Source of the DNA: an uncultured Candidatus Saccharibacteria bacterium
Lineage (GTDB): Bacteria > Patescibacteriota > Minisyncoccia > Minisyncoccales > GWA2-38-27
DNA length: 45,887 nt
Reading direction: 5' to 3'
NCBI GenBank assembly: GCA_964391095.1
Contig: CAYMJA010000005.1
Location: 1-45,887 of the forward strand
Below are positions 1 through 7,897 of this stretch, one piece after another. The position numbers and the translations under genes are program-made. Position 1 is the first letter of the stretch; the number at the start of each line of letters is the position of its first letter. Under the pieces are notes generated by a model. That model was given only the letters and a program-made list of their open reading frames with translations, was not told where the DNA came from and made no database searches.

Positions 1-2
1 CT

Positions 3-149
3 TCTACAATCGGAATCCCATGCATAATTGCTTTGGGAATACTTATCAAAGAATTCGGAGTTAAAAAAGCAATAACTTTAACAGCATCATCAATAATTTA
101 CGGTCTTTTATTTGCTGGTTTAGCTTGGAGAATAATCTCAATTTTTTGA
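3..149 (+). CDS. 3' end of a membrane protein, probably ferrous iron transporter FeoB (partial at window edge)
   Basis: Frame reads STIGIPCIIALGILIKEFGVKKAITLTASSIIYGLLFAGLAWRIISIF*, matching the PC...kE.G.k.a C-terminal Gate pattern of FeoB-type proteins. Confidence 0.6.
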   Translation, partial: STIGIPCIIALGILIKEFGVKKAITLTASSIIYGLLFAGLAWRIISIF

Positions 150-319
150 AAAGTAAACGCTATGTAGAATTATAAAGGATTTTTCTATACCGAAGATTCT
201 ACCAGACAAACATTGTCTACTAGGGGAAGTAATGTTGCGCTTGGTTCAAGAGACCGAGGCGCCTATTATAGCGCTAGGACGACCGAGAGGGGTCCGAATC
301 CTAGCACCAGAGCAAACTA

Positions 320-349
320 TTGACAAATATATCTATAATACGCTATAAT
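320..349 (+). promoter_or_regulatory. Consensus sigma70 promoter upstream of a non-coding structured region
   Basis: TTGACA (320-325), 18 nt, TATAAT (344-349). Confidence 0.8.
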
Positions 350-355
350 ACTGAT

Positions 356-590
356 AGATAAGAAATGGAGAAGTCGCCTAGCGGGCTTTCCCAACTATTA
401 TAGACAGCTAGGTCTCTAGAAAGACGGCCTCGGTCTTCTAGAGGAAAAACAGAGGCCGACTGGGAAAGTTGTCCTAACGGACTTCCAGCCGATAACAGAG
501 TTAGGCCCTGGGAAAAACGCCTTCGGTTTCCCCGGGGAAATAACAGGAGGAAGGGCCCGATGGATAAATCCAAAGGGCCCCTTTTTTATT
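356..590 (+). ncRNA. Candidate ncRNA of four tandem H-type pseudoknots ending in an intrinsic terminator
   Basis: Four stem-loops whose CCT-containing loops pair with downstream ...AGG strands (366-412, 414-457, 460-505, 506-550). GGGCCC hairpin plus T-run at 553-587. No + strand ORF in the track. Confidence 0.65.
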
Positions 591-881
591 TTTTTTATAC
601 CAAACAGGCTCTAACATCGTCCAAGCCCTGCAACTAAGGGGCTCAATTCTTTTAATTCCTCTCTAATTTTTCTCCAATCAATGATTCTAAACGTGTCCAA
701 TAGGGGGGGCTATCTTTTGTCAAAGCTACAAAATTAGTACATTAACAATAGTAGTTTTGGTCCTCTGTACTTATTTCATAAAATAAAAAAAGCCCCTTTG
801 AATTAACTCATTGAGGCTTATTTATTTTGGAGAAAATCCATTGGGGCTTTTACAACTTTGGTCACAAGTTCTTTCGCGTGA

Positions 882-917
882 TTAAGCTGTATCAAAGGCG
901 GTGCGCAAAACAATCAT
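882..917 (-). CDS. Mini-peptide MIVLRTAFDTA (11 aa)
   Basis: SD-like AAGGGGG 7 nt before ATG; frame and stop conserved in the second repeat copy. Confidence 0.6.
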   Translation of the reverse strand: MIVLRTAFDTA

Positions 918-955
918 AATTATACCCCCTTTCTGATTGTAGGATGGTCCTTTAC

Positions 956-997
956 CTAAGCCGCAGCCGCTGTAAGGGCAGTACGGAGAGCAACCAT
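956..997 (-). CDS. Mini-peptide MVALRTALTAAAA (13 aa)
   Basis: AAGGAGG SD before ATG; TTGACA promoter upstream on - strand (1091-1096). Confidence 0.6.
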   Translation of the reverse strand: MVALRTALTAAAA

Positions 998-1223
998 AAG
1001 ACACCCCTCCTTTCTTTGAAATTCTGTATATTCTATCTATATGAAAATTATTAAGGTTCTATAATTAGATTATCAAATATCTATTAGTCTTGTCAAGTGT
1101 ATGTGGTTAAAATAATATACTAATCAAAAGAGTTGTCTTAAAATATACACAAAGTTGACAAAATAAGATTTTTATGTAAAGATAAATTAGTTCTTTCATT
1201 GTTTAAAAAGGAGGTGAAGTTCT

Positions 1224-1730
1224 TTGACAACTTATCAACCCGATGGACCGTATGTGATACAATCCGGCAAACATGCTGGACAAGTTCTTGAATTGTTAAT
1301 GTTTCGTGATTATCCTTTTCTGAGCTTCATGCTCAAAAGACTCAAAGGACACTTCTGGAAGAAGAAGAATAAATTTCATTTGCATCTGGAGTGGTTGATG
1401 CAGGGAGGGGAAAATCGTCAGCCAAAAATGATTTGCCCTCAATGTAAAAAACAAACTGTCGAATATTTCTCAATTATTTATGGACATAGTGGCGGTTTCT
1501 CGATAAGTCCTCTTTATACCTGTTGCGGACAAGAAAAATGTAAAGAGCAATTGCGTGCTATGGCGTTAGGCAAACCGCAACGATTAATGCCCTTCCGTTC
1601 TTCAACGATAAAACGTTTTTCTACAATCGCTGGCAGGAAAGAGGTAGTTGGTTTGTATAAGCGTGTTTTCGGACTACCAGAACGTCTGACTCGTCAAGTT
1701 GCTTTTGAGTTTTTTAACCAAAAGACCTGA
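1224..1730 (+). CDS. Hypothetical Cys-rich, probable Zn-binding protein
   Basis: TTG start after AAGGAGGTG; GKHAGQ motif, CPQC and CCGxxxC; hairpin plus T-run terminator at about 1748-1778. Confidence 0.75.
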   Translation: MTTYQPDGPYVIQSGKHAGQVLELLMFRDYPFLSFMLKRLKGHFWKKKNKFHLHLEWLMQGGENRQPKMICPQCKKQTVEYFSIIYGHSGGFSISPLYTCCGQEKCKEQLRAMALGKPQRLMPFRSSTIKRFSTIAGRKEVVGLYKRVFGLPERLTRQVAFEFFNQKT

Positions 1731-1927
1731 AGGGAAGTTTAGAATTTAACCCCGTTCACTAAAAGTTCGGGGTTTTTTATAAATATAGGTAGTTTTGCTT
1801 CTGTACTTATTTCATAAAATAAAAAAAAGCCCCTTTGAATTAAGTCATCGAGGCTTATTTATTTTGGACAAAATCCATCGGGGCTTTTACTCAACAGCTT
1901 GGTCAGCTAAAGGGACCGTAGTGTGAC

Positions 1928-1963
1928 TTAAGCTGTATCAGGGGCGATGCGCAAAACAATCAT
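1928..1963 (-). CDS. Mini-peptide MIVLRIAPDTA (11 aa)
   Basis: Same SD and spacing as 882-917; two amino-acid differences. Confidence 0.6.
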   Translation of the reverse strand: MIVLRIAPDTA

Positions 1964-2016
1964 AATTATACCCCCTTTCTTTGAGTGATTTTTCTTTGAG
2001 TGATAGCCGCTCGAGT

Positions 2017-2049
2017 TTAAGCTCTATCCCAGGCAGTGTAAGCAACCAT
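2017..2049 (-). CDS. Mini-peptide MVAYTAWDRA (10 aa)
   Basis: GGGAGG SD before ATG; positional equivalent of 956-997. Confidence 0.55.
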   Translation of the reverse strand: MVAYTAWDRA

Positions 2050-2403
2050 AAAACTTCCCTCCCTTCTTTGGGATTTTGTATATTATAGAAATTATTAAGG
2101 TTCTATAATTAGATTATCAGATATCTATTATTCTTGTCAAGTGTATATGGTTAAAACAATATACTAATCAAAAGAGTTGTCTTGAAATATACACAAAGTT
2201 GACAAAATTTTATTTCTTGCATAGAATGTAAAATTAAATAGTTCTTTGAGAATTCAATAGGTAAAGAAATCTATAGATAGAACTTAGAAAGGAGGAAATA
2301 AAAACCGGTTTGTAGAATAGCACAACTGGTCATTCCAGCTCGTGAAGCGAAATCTGTTTTGATAGCAGTTAGAAGATTAAAATAACCGTAGGAGGTAGTT
2401 GAA

Positions 2404-2697
2404 ATGTCAAGCGCAAGATGTCCGAAGTGTGGTGCTATTGGACATTGTTACTGCCGCAACATTGAAGAAATAAGCGGTTGTGACCTCTACACGTTCTTTT
2501 GTCCAAAATGTGGTTATATCGAAAAAAGGAAACAATATGGTGCTTCTCCAGTTTTTGATGACTGTCCTACACGGTGTCCATTCTGTAACGAGTTATTTTC
2601 TCAGCATTCAGAAACCCCAGAAGAGTTATGGTTTGTGACATCTTTGTCTCCGATTGATCCTCGTGAACTCAATCCTTCTGATTTTGAGAGTTTGTAA
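2404..2697 (+). CDS. Small zinc-ribbon protein
   Basis: AGGAGG SD; CPKC, CYC, CPKC, CPFC motifs. Confidence 0.75.
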   Translation: MSSARCPKCGAIGHCYCRNIEEISGCDLYTFFCPKCGYIEKRKQYGASPVFDDCPTRCPFCNELFSQHSETPEELWFVTSLSPIDPRELNPSDFESL

Positions 2698-2870
2698 ACC
2701 TACGTTATAACCCTGTAAGATTCCAAATCTTTTCAGGGTTTTTTCTTTTCCCAATTTTGGCAAATATTGACAGAATTTTGTTATTTAAGTAAAATATAAA
2801 ATCAGATAGTTCTTTAAAAACTGAATAAACGAAAAGAACTGAAAATTGAAAACAGAAAAGGAGAAAGAAA

Positions 2871-3605
2871 ATGGTAGATATTAAAAAAATGGTAGATGTT
2901 TTAGAGAAAGCACTGAGAGGTTTTTTAAATGGAGAGTCTTTCTCCTGTATTCTTAGACGGGACGATGGCTTTAGTTGGTCTTTGGATATAGGAATATATT
3001 TTACCGAGTATCCAGAATGGGAAGATTTTGAGAAAGACATTCTAAAGTATGTACAAAGGAGAGTATTAGATATAGGGGCTGGAGTAGGTAGGCACGCTTT
3101 ATATCTACAAAACAAAAGATTTGAGGTTCACGCAATTGATATTGTGCCTTTAGCTGTAGAAACAATGAAGCAAAGAGGAGTAAAGAATGTTTATCTGATG
3201 GATTTGAGGAAGCTGGATTTTCCCAATAACTACTTTGATTCTATCTTAATGATGTCTAATAATTTTGGTTTGGCCGGTACGATAGAAGGTACAAAGAAAC
3301 TCCTAAAGGTTCTTTATTATATTTCTACTCCGAAAGGACGGATAATTACCACTATTAGAGACCTTTCCCAAACTACTAATCCAGAACACCTCGCATATCG
3401 CGAGCGAAACAGAAAATTGGGTAGACCGGCGGGCCAAGAAAAATTAAGAGTAGAATACAAAGACGAAATTGGGGAGTGGTTCAATTTATTGATGGTTTCA
3501 CCTAAGGAACTAGAAGAGTTAGTTAAGGATACTGGTTGGAGTATTCTTAAGATAGTTGAAGAAAAAGATGGAACCCACTACGGAGTAATATTACAGAAAA
3601 GCTAA
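2871..3605 (+). CDS. Class I SAM-dependent methyltransferase
   Basis: VLDIGAGVG motif I, AIDI, FDSILMM; SD AAGGAG. Confidence 0.9.
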   Translation: MVDIKKMVDVLEKALRGFLNGESFSCILRRDDGFSWSLDIGIYFTEYPEWEDFEKDILKYVQRRVLDIGAGVGRHALYLQNKRFEVHAIDIVPLAVETMKQRGVKNVYLMDLRKLDFPNNYFDSILMMSNNFGLAGTIEGTKKLLKVLYYISTPKGRIITTIRDLSQTTNPEHLAYRERNRKLGRPAGQEKLRVEYKDEIGEWFNLLMVSPKELEELVKDTGWSILKIVEEKDGTHYGVILQKS

Positions 3606-3763
3606 GTTTAGCTAAAGACCTGAGAAAATTCTTGGGTCTTTTTTCTTTCCCGCTTTTTTTTCCGTCAAAAATAGCCTTGAAAAACCCCAATTTTTAATGT
3701 AAAATAAAAACCGGTTTAGAAAAATTTTAAAAACCAATCAATTTTAGCCAAAGCATTTAAAAA

Positions 3764-4222
3764 ATGAAAAAGATTAATTTTGAAGGGCTTAAAAAATTTG
3801 TGGCGGAAGCAAGGAGAAATACTTATGCTGGAGAGGGTAAATCAGTTGAGGATTTGAATTTGACTGGTTCAAAGCAACTTGAGTATAGAAAAGGTGATTA
3901 TTTCTATCAAGATATCTATTTTGCAGGAAAGGATAATTTTGTTGGTCAAGAAGTTGTCTATTTTGAAGACAGCCCAATTTGGAGTATGGTTTATTGCGGC
4001 TCTGCTGAGCCGCAAGAGGTCATCTCTTTTCTCAAAGAATCGCTATTAACTTTATCTGAAAGATGTCGTTTTGGAGGAGTGTGCGAATTTGAAGAAAATG
4101 ATTTCCGATATGAGGATAAAGGAGAGGGAACAATGAGACGATTTAGCGGTAAAGAGCGAATATTCAAGAAAGGAGACAATATCTATGAATTAGATTATCA
4201 CGGCGGTTTAATTGTTAAATAA
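3764..4222 (+). CDS. DUF5680-like protein
   Basis: A.RNTYAG, Y.D.Y.G...FVGQEVVY, WSM.Y.G, F.G.E.I, Y.GG pattern. Confidence 0.75.
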   Translation: MKKINFEGLKKFVAEARRNTYAGEGKSVEDLNLTGSKQLEYRKGDYFYQDIYFAGKDNFVGQEVVYFEDSPIWSMVYCGSAEPQEVISFLKESLLTLSERCRFGGVCEFEENDFRYEDKGEGTMRRFSGKERIFKKGDNIYELDYHGGLIVK

Positions 4223-4254
4223 AAATTAATAAAATTCAGTCCAAAGCAGAGTTT

Positions 4255-4797
4255 ATGTTAAAAAATAATATACTGAAAGTAGCAGTAGGTTCTCGAAATC
4301 CAGTTAAAGTTGGGGCAGTAAAGAACGCTTTTGAAAAAGTGTTTGGTCTTGATGTCAAAGTTATAGGTGTTTCTGTTCCCTCTAATGTTTCTGACATGCC
4401 TATGAATTTTGAAGAAATGTTTGAGGGCGCTAAGAATAGAGCAAAGCGGGCAAGAAAAGAATTAGATGCTGATTTTGGTGTTGGCTTAGAGGGTGGCTTT
4501 GAAGACGAAAAAATAGGTACCTTTTTAAGTGGTTTTACAGCAATTGTTGATAAAAAAGGAACCTGGGGCTATGCTAAAGGATCAGGACTTTTAATGCCTA
4601 AGGAAATTGTTAAAGAAGTCAGAGAACAAGGAAAAGAATTAGGCGAAGTGATGGATAAAATAAGAGGATTGAAAAATACAAAACAGCACGAGGGCTGTGT
4701 TGGCTTTATGACAGACAATTTAATTCCAAGGCAAAAGGCATTTGAAAAAACAATTATTTATGCGCTTTCACGCTTTACTAAAAAAGAAATATTTTAA
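4255..4797 (+). CDS. yjjX: Inosine/xanthosine triphosphatase (YjjX family)
   Basis: VGSRNPVKV, GAKNRA, GVGLEGG, ELGEVMD, KQHEG motifs. Confidence 0.9.
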   Translation: MLKNNILKVAVGSRNPVKVGAVKNAFEKVFGLDVKVIGVSVPSNVSDMPMNFEEMFEGAKNRAKRARKELDADFGVGLEGGFEDEKIGTFLSGFTAIVDKKGTWGYAKGSGLLMPKEIVKEVREQGKELGEVMDKIRGLKNTKQHEGCVGFMTDNLIPRQKAFEKTIIYALSRFTKKEIF

Positions 4798-4842
4798 TTG
4801 TGAAAATAAAAAAGAGAACTAAAATCTATACTGTTGAAATCT

Positions 4843-5205
4843 ATGAAAATTGTTTTTATCGCAGGTCCTTATTTTAGTAAAGGGGGCAGAGAAGAGATTG
4901 AGAAAAATATTCGCAATGCTGAGAAATATCAAATTGTCCTTGCTAATTCTCAAGTTCCTTTCTTTTGTGCCCATAGTCATACAGAGCACTTTGAGGAGAA
5001 AGCAAGTGCCCCTGAAGAATTTTACAGAAAAATGGACATGGAGATTTTAAAACGATGTTGTAATGCAGTACTTGCTTTACCTGATTGGGAAACTTCCAGT
5101 GGCGCTAAGGCAGAAGTAAAATGGGCTCAAGAAAATAATCTACCGGTTTTCTTTCCGAAGTCATTAGATGGTTTAACAGAGATAATAAATTGGGCAAAAA
5201 AATAA
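4843..5205 (+). CDS. DUF4406/DUF1937-like protein (nucleoside deoxyribosyltransferase-like fold)
   Basis: IVFIAGPY, LPDWETSSGAKAEV motif; ATG at 4843 preferred over TTG 4834. Confidence 0.75.
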   Translation: MKIVFIAGPYFSKGGREEIEKNIRNAEKYQIVLANSQVPFFCAHSHTEHFEEKASAPEEFYRKMDMEILKRCCNAVLALPDWETSSGAKAEVKWAQENNLPVFFPKSLDGLTEIINWAKK

Positions 5206-5391
5206 TATGTCAATAAAATTAAAAAATAAACCAATCAATTTTAGCCAAAGGATTTGAAAAATTATGGAAAATTGGCAGAGTTTAAGCAAGAATAAATCAG
5301 GGCTTGACAAGGGTTTTAGATTTGTTAAAATGAAAATAGTTAATCCCACTGCCTTCCTGTGTTTCGGCGCACGACGGCAGTTTTTATTTCT

Positions 5392-5952
5392 ATGAAGAAA
5401 GCTTTTGTTTTTATCGATGGTAGTAATTTTTATTTTAGGTTAAAAGAACTAACTTCTAGACTTAATAGCAAATACAGTTTACTTGATTTTAACTTTAGGA
5501 AATTTGCCGAGTGGCTTGCTAAGCCCAATCAGTTAGTCGAAATTCACTATTATCTTGGCACAGTTAGCCGCCGGAAAAACGATAGTAAAAGTGAGGAATT
5601 GTACGCTGACCAGCAAAGATTATTTAGAAAACTACAGAAACAAAATATTATTATTACTTTAGGACAACTAATTAGACACCCCGATAAAACTTATCATGAA
5701 AAAGGCGTTGATGTGCGTTTAGCTGTAGAAATGATTAGATTTGCTAGAGAAAATAAATATGATATCGCCTATTTGGTGAGTTCTGATACTGATTTGGTGG
5801 CGGCAGTAGAAGAAGTTCAATCAATTGGGAAAGCTATCCAGTATGTTGGTATTTCTAAGGGGCAGTCATTTGGACTTTCAAAAACTGCTGATGATGTTAG
5901 ATTATTAAGAGCAGAGGAGATGGAACGATTTTTTCCTAAAACCTTAGTCTAG
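5392..5952 (+). CDS. NYN domain (PIN-like) ribonuclease
   Basis: FIDGSN, EKGVDV, LVSSDTDL; own TTGACA/TAAAAT promoter at about 5304-5331. Confidence 0.9.
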   Translation: MKKAFVFIDGSNFYFRLKELTSRLNSKYSLLDFNFRKFAEWLAKPNQLVEIHYYLGTVSRRKNDSKSEELYADQQRLFRKLQKQNIIITLGQLIRHPDKTYHEKGVDVRLAVEMIRFARENKYDIAYLVSSDTDLVAAVEEVQSIGKAIQYVGISKGQSFGLSKTADDVRLLRAEEMERFFPKTLV

Positions 5953-6008
5953 ATATTTTAGACAAAGCAAAACAAAAGGTCGATTCGTTAATTAAAAATT
6001 TATCAATT

Positions 6009-6308
6009 ATGAACCAAGAAAAACCCGGGCAAAAAAGAGAAATTAAGATTAAGATAACTGATGATGTAATAAGAGGAGTTTATGCGAATTTTATGAAAGT
6101 AAGTCATACTAAGGAGGAGTTTGTTTTGGATTTTGCAAATATAGTTCCTCCAACCGGCATAATTTCAGCCAGGATTATTACCAGTCCTGGTCATCTAAAA
6201 CGGGTTATCGGAGCCCTAGAATATAATTTAAAAAAATACGAGGAAAGATTTGGAAAAATTAAAGAAGCGGAAGAAATAAAAGAAGAAAAAGTCGGTTTTC
6301 GTACATAA
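6009..6308 (+). CDS. DUF3467 family protein
   Basis: GVYAN...SHTKEEFVLDF, RIITSPGHLKR, YEERFGKI. Confidence 0.85.
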   Translation: MNQEKPGQKREIKIKITDDVIRGVYANFMKVSHTKEEFVLDFANIVPPTGIISARIITSPGHLKRVIGALEYNLKKYEERFGKIKEAEEIKEEKVGFRT

Positions 6309-6371
6309 TCAAAATTTAGCCCGAAGTTGAAGGAAGTTTAACCAAACAGTTTTAGGTAAAGTGTTTAAAAA

Positions 6372-6830
6372 ATGAAAAAGATTAATTTTGAAGGGCTTAA
6401 AAAATTTGTGGCAGAAGCAAGGAGGAATACTTATGCTGGAGAGGGTAAATCAGTTGAGGATTTGAATTTGACTGGTTCAAAGCAACTTGAGTATAGAAAA
6501 GGTGATTATTTCTATCAAGATATCTATTTTGCAGGAAAGGATAATTTTGTTGGTCAAGAAGTTGTCTATTTTGAAGACAGCCCAATTTGGAGTATGGTTT
6601 ATTGCGGCTCTGCTGAGCCGCAAGAGGTCATCTCTTTTCTCAAAGAATCGCTATTAACTTTATCTGAAAGATGTCGTTTTGGAGGAGTGTGCGAATTTGA
6701 AGAAAATGATTTCCGATATGAGGATAAAGGAGAGGGAACAATGAGACGATTTAGCGGTAAAGAGCGAATATTCAAGAAAGGAGACAATATCTATGAATTA
6801 GATTATCACGGCGGTTTAATTGTTAAATAA
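6372..6830 (+). CDS. DUF5680-like protein (copy 2)
   Basis: Protein identical to 3764-4222. Confidence 0.75.
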   Translation: MKKINFEGLKKFVAEARRNTYAGEGKSVEDLNLTGSKQLEYRKGDYFYQDIYFAGKDNFVGQEVVYFEDSPIWSMVYCGSAEPQEVISFLKESLLTLSERCRFGGVCEFEENDFRYEDKGEGTMRRFSGKERIFKKGDNIYELDYHGGLIVK

Positions 6831-6862
6831 AAATTAATAAAATTCAGTCCAAAGCAGAGTTT

Positions 6863-7405
6863 ATGTTAAAAAATAATATACTGAAAGTAGCAGTAGGTTC
6901 TCGAAATCCAGTTAAAGTTGGGGCAGTAAAGAACGCTTTTGAAAAAGTGTTTGGTCTTGATGTCAAAGTTATAGGTGTTTCTGTTCCCTCTAATGTTTCT
7001 GACATGCCTATGAATTTTGAAGAAATGTTTGAGGGCGCTAAGAATAGAGCAAAGCGGGCAAGAAAAGAATTAGATGCTGATTTTGGTGTTGGCTTAGAGG
7101 GTGGCTTTGAAGACGAAAAAATAGGTACCTTTTTAAGTGGTTTTACAGCAATTGTTGATAAAAAAGGAACCTGGGGCTATGCTAAAGGATCAGGACTTTT
7201 AATGCCTAAGGAAATTGTTAAAGAAGTCAGAGAACAAGGAAAAGAATTAGGCGAAGTGATGGATAAAATAAGAGGATTGAAAAATACAAAACAGCACGAG
7301 GGCTGTGTTGGCTTTATGACAGACAATTTAATTCCAAGGCAAAAGGCATTTGAAAAAACAATTATTTATGCGCTTTCACGCTTTACTAAAAAAGAAATAT
7401 TTTAA
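6863..7405 (+). CDS. yjjX: Inosine/xanthosine triphosphatase (copy 2)
   Basis: Protein identical to 4255-4797. Confidence 0.9.
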   Translation: MLKNNILKVAVGSRNPVKVGAVKNAFEKVFGLDVKVIGVSVPSNVSDMPMNFEEMFEGAKNRAKRARKELDADFGVGLEGGFEDEKIGTFLSGFTAIVDKKGTWGYAKGSGLLMPKEIVKEVREQGKELGEVMDKIRGLKNTKQHEGCVGFMTDNLIPRQKAFEKTIIYALSRFTKKEIF

Positions 7406-7450
7406 TTGTGAAAATAAAAAAGAGAACTAAAATCTATACTGTTGAAATCT

Positions 7451-7813
7451 ATGAAAATTGTTTTTATCGCAGGTCCTTATTTTAGTAAAGGGGGCAGAGA
7501 AGAGATTGAGAAAAATATTCGCAATGCTGAGAAATATCAAATTGTCCTTGCTAATTCTCAAGTTCCTTTCTTTTGTGCCCATAGTCATACAGAGCACTTT
7601 GAGGAGAAAGCAAGTGCCCCTGAAGAATTTTACAGAAAAATGGACATGGAGATTTTAAAACGATGTTGTAATGCAGTACTTGCTTTACCTGATTGGGAAA
7701 CTTCCAGTGGCGCTAAGGCAGAAGTAAAATGGGCTCAAGAAAATAATCTACCGGTTTTCTTTCCGAAGTCATTAGATGGTTTAACAGAGATAATAAATTG
7801 GGCAAAAAAATAA
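7451..7813 (+). CDS. DUF4406/DUF1937-like protein (copy 2)
   Basis: Protein identical to 4843-5205. Confidence 0.75.
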   Translation: MKIVFIAGPYFSKGGREEIEKNIRNAEKYQIVLANSQVPFFCAHSHTEHFEEKASAPEEFYRKMDMEILKRCCNAVLALPDWETSSGAKAEVKWAQENNLPVFFPKSLDGLTEIINWAKK

Positions 7814-7897
7814 TTGAGAATTAAAATACAAAAGCCCACCGCTGGGCAATTTTTATTTGAAATCGCCAAGAGGGCGATTTTTTGGTAGAATGGAATA

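Larger units (their letters stand above)
751..1164. repeat. Imperfect ~415-bp direct repeat, copy 1 (mini-peptide module)
   Basis: Colinear with 1789-2208 from GTAGTTTT...CTGTACTTATTTCATAAAAT through CACAAAGTTGACAAAAT. Confidence 0.9.
1789..2208. repeat. Imperfect ~420-bp direct repeat, copy 2 (mini-peptide module)
   Basis: Colinear with 751-1164. Confidence 0.9.
3756..5206 (+). repeat. 1451-bp direct repeat, copy 1 (three genes)
   Basis: Identical to 6364-7814 except two synonymous differences seen in the first gene. Confidence 0.95.
6364..7814 (+). repeat. 1451-bp direct repeat, copy 2
   Basis: Offset of 2608 bp from copy 1. Confidence 0.95.

Noticed and set aside
222-314. Possible tRNA or tmRNA (GGGG start, GGTCCGAATCC, ACCA)
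   Set aside because: No acceptor stem, T stem or anticodon arm can be paired.
343-573. 76-aa minus-strand ORF
   Set aside because: No SD or motif; antisense to the promoter/terminator-bounded structured RNA.
356-590. RNase P, SRP, 6S, T-box or lysine riboswitch
   Set aside because: Their signature sequences are absent and no downstream gene is linked.
5264-5395. Short ORF MENWQSLSKNK... after the 23-nt junction repeat
   Set aside because: Runs through the NYN promoter and hairpin; at most a gene stub.
3756-7814. Composite transposon or diversity-generating retroelement
   Set aside because: No transposase, terminal inverted repeats or reverse transcriptase; only two synonymous differences between copies.
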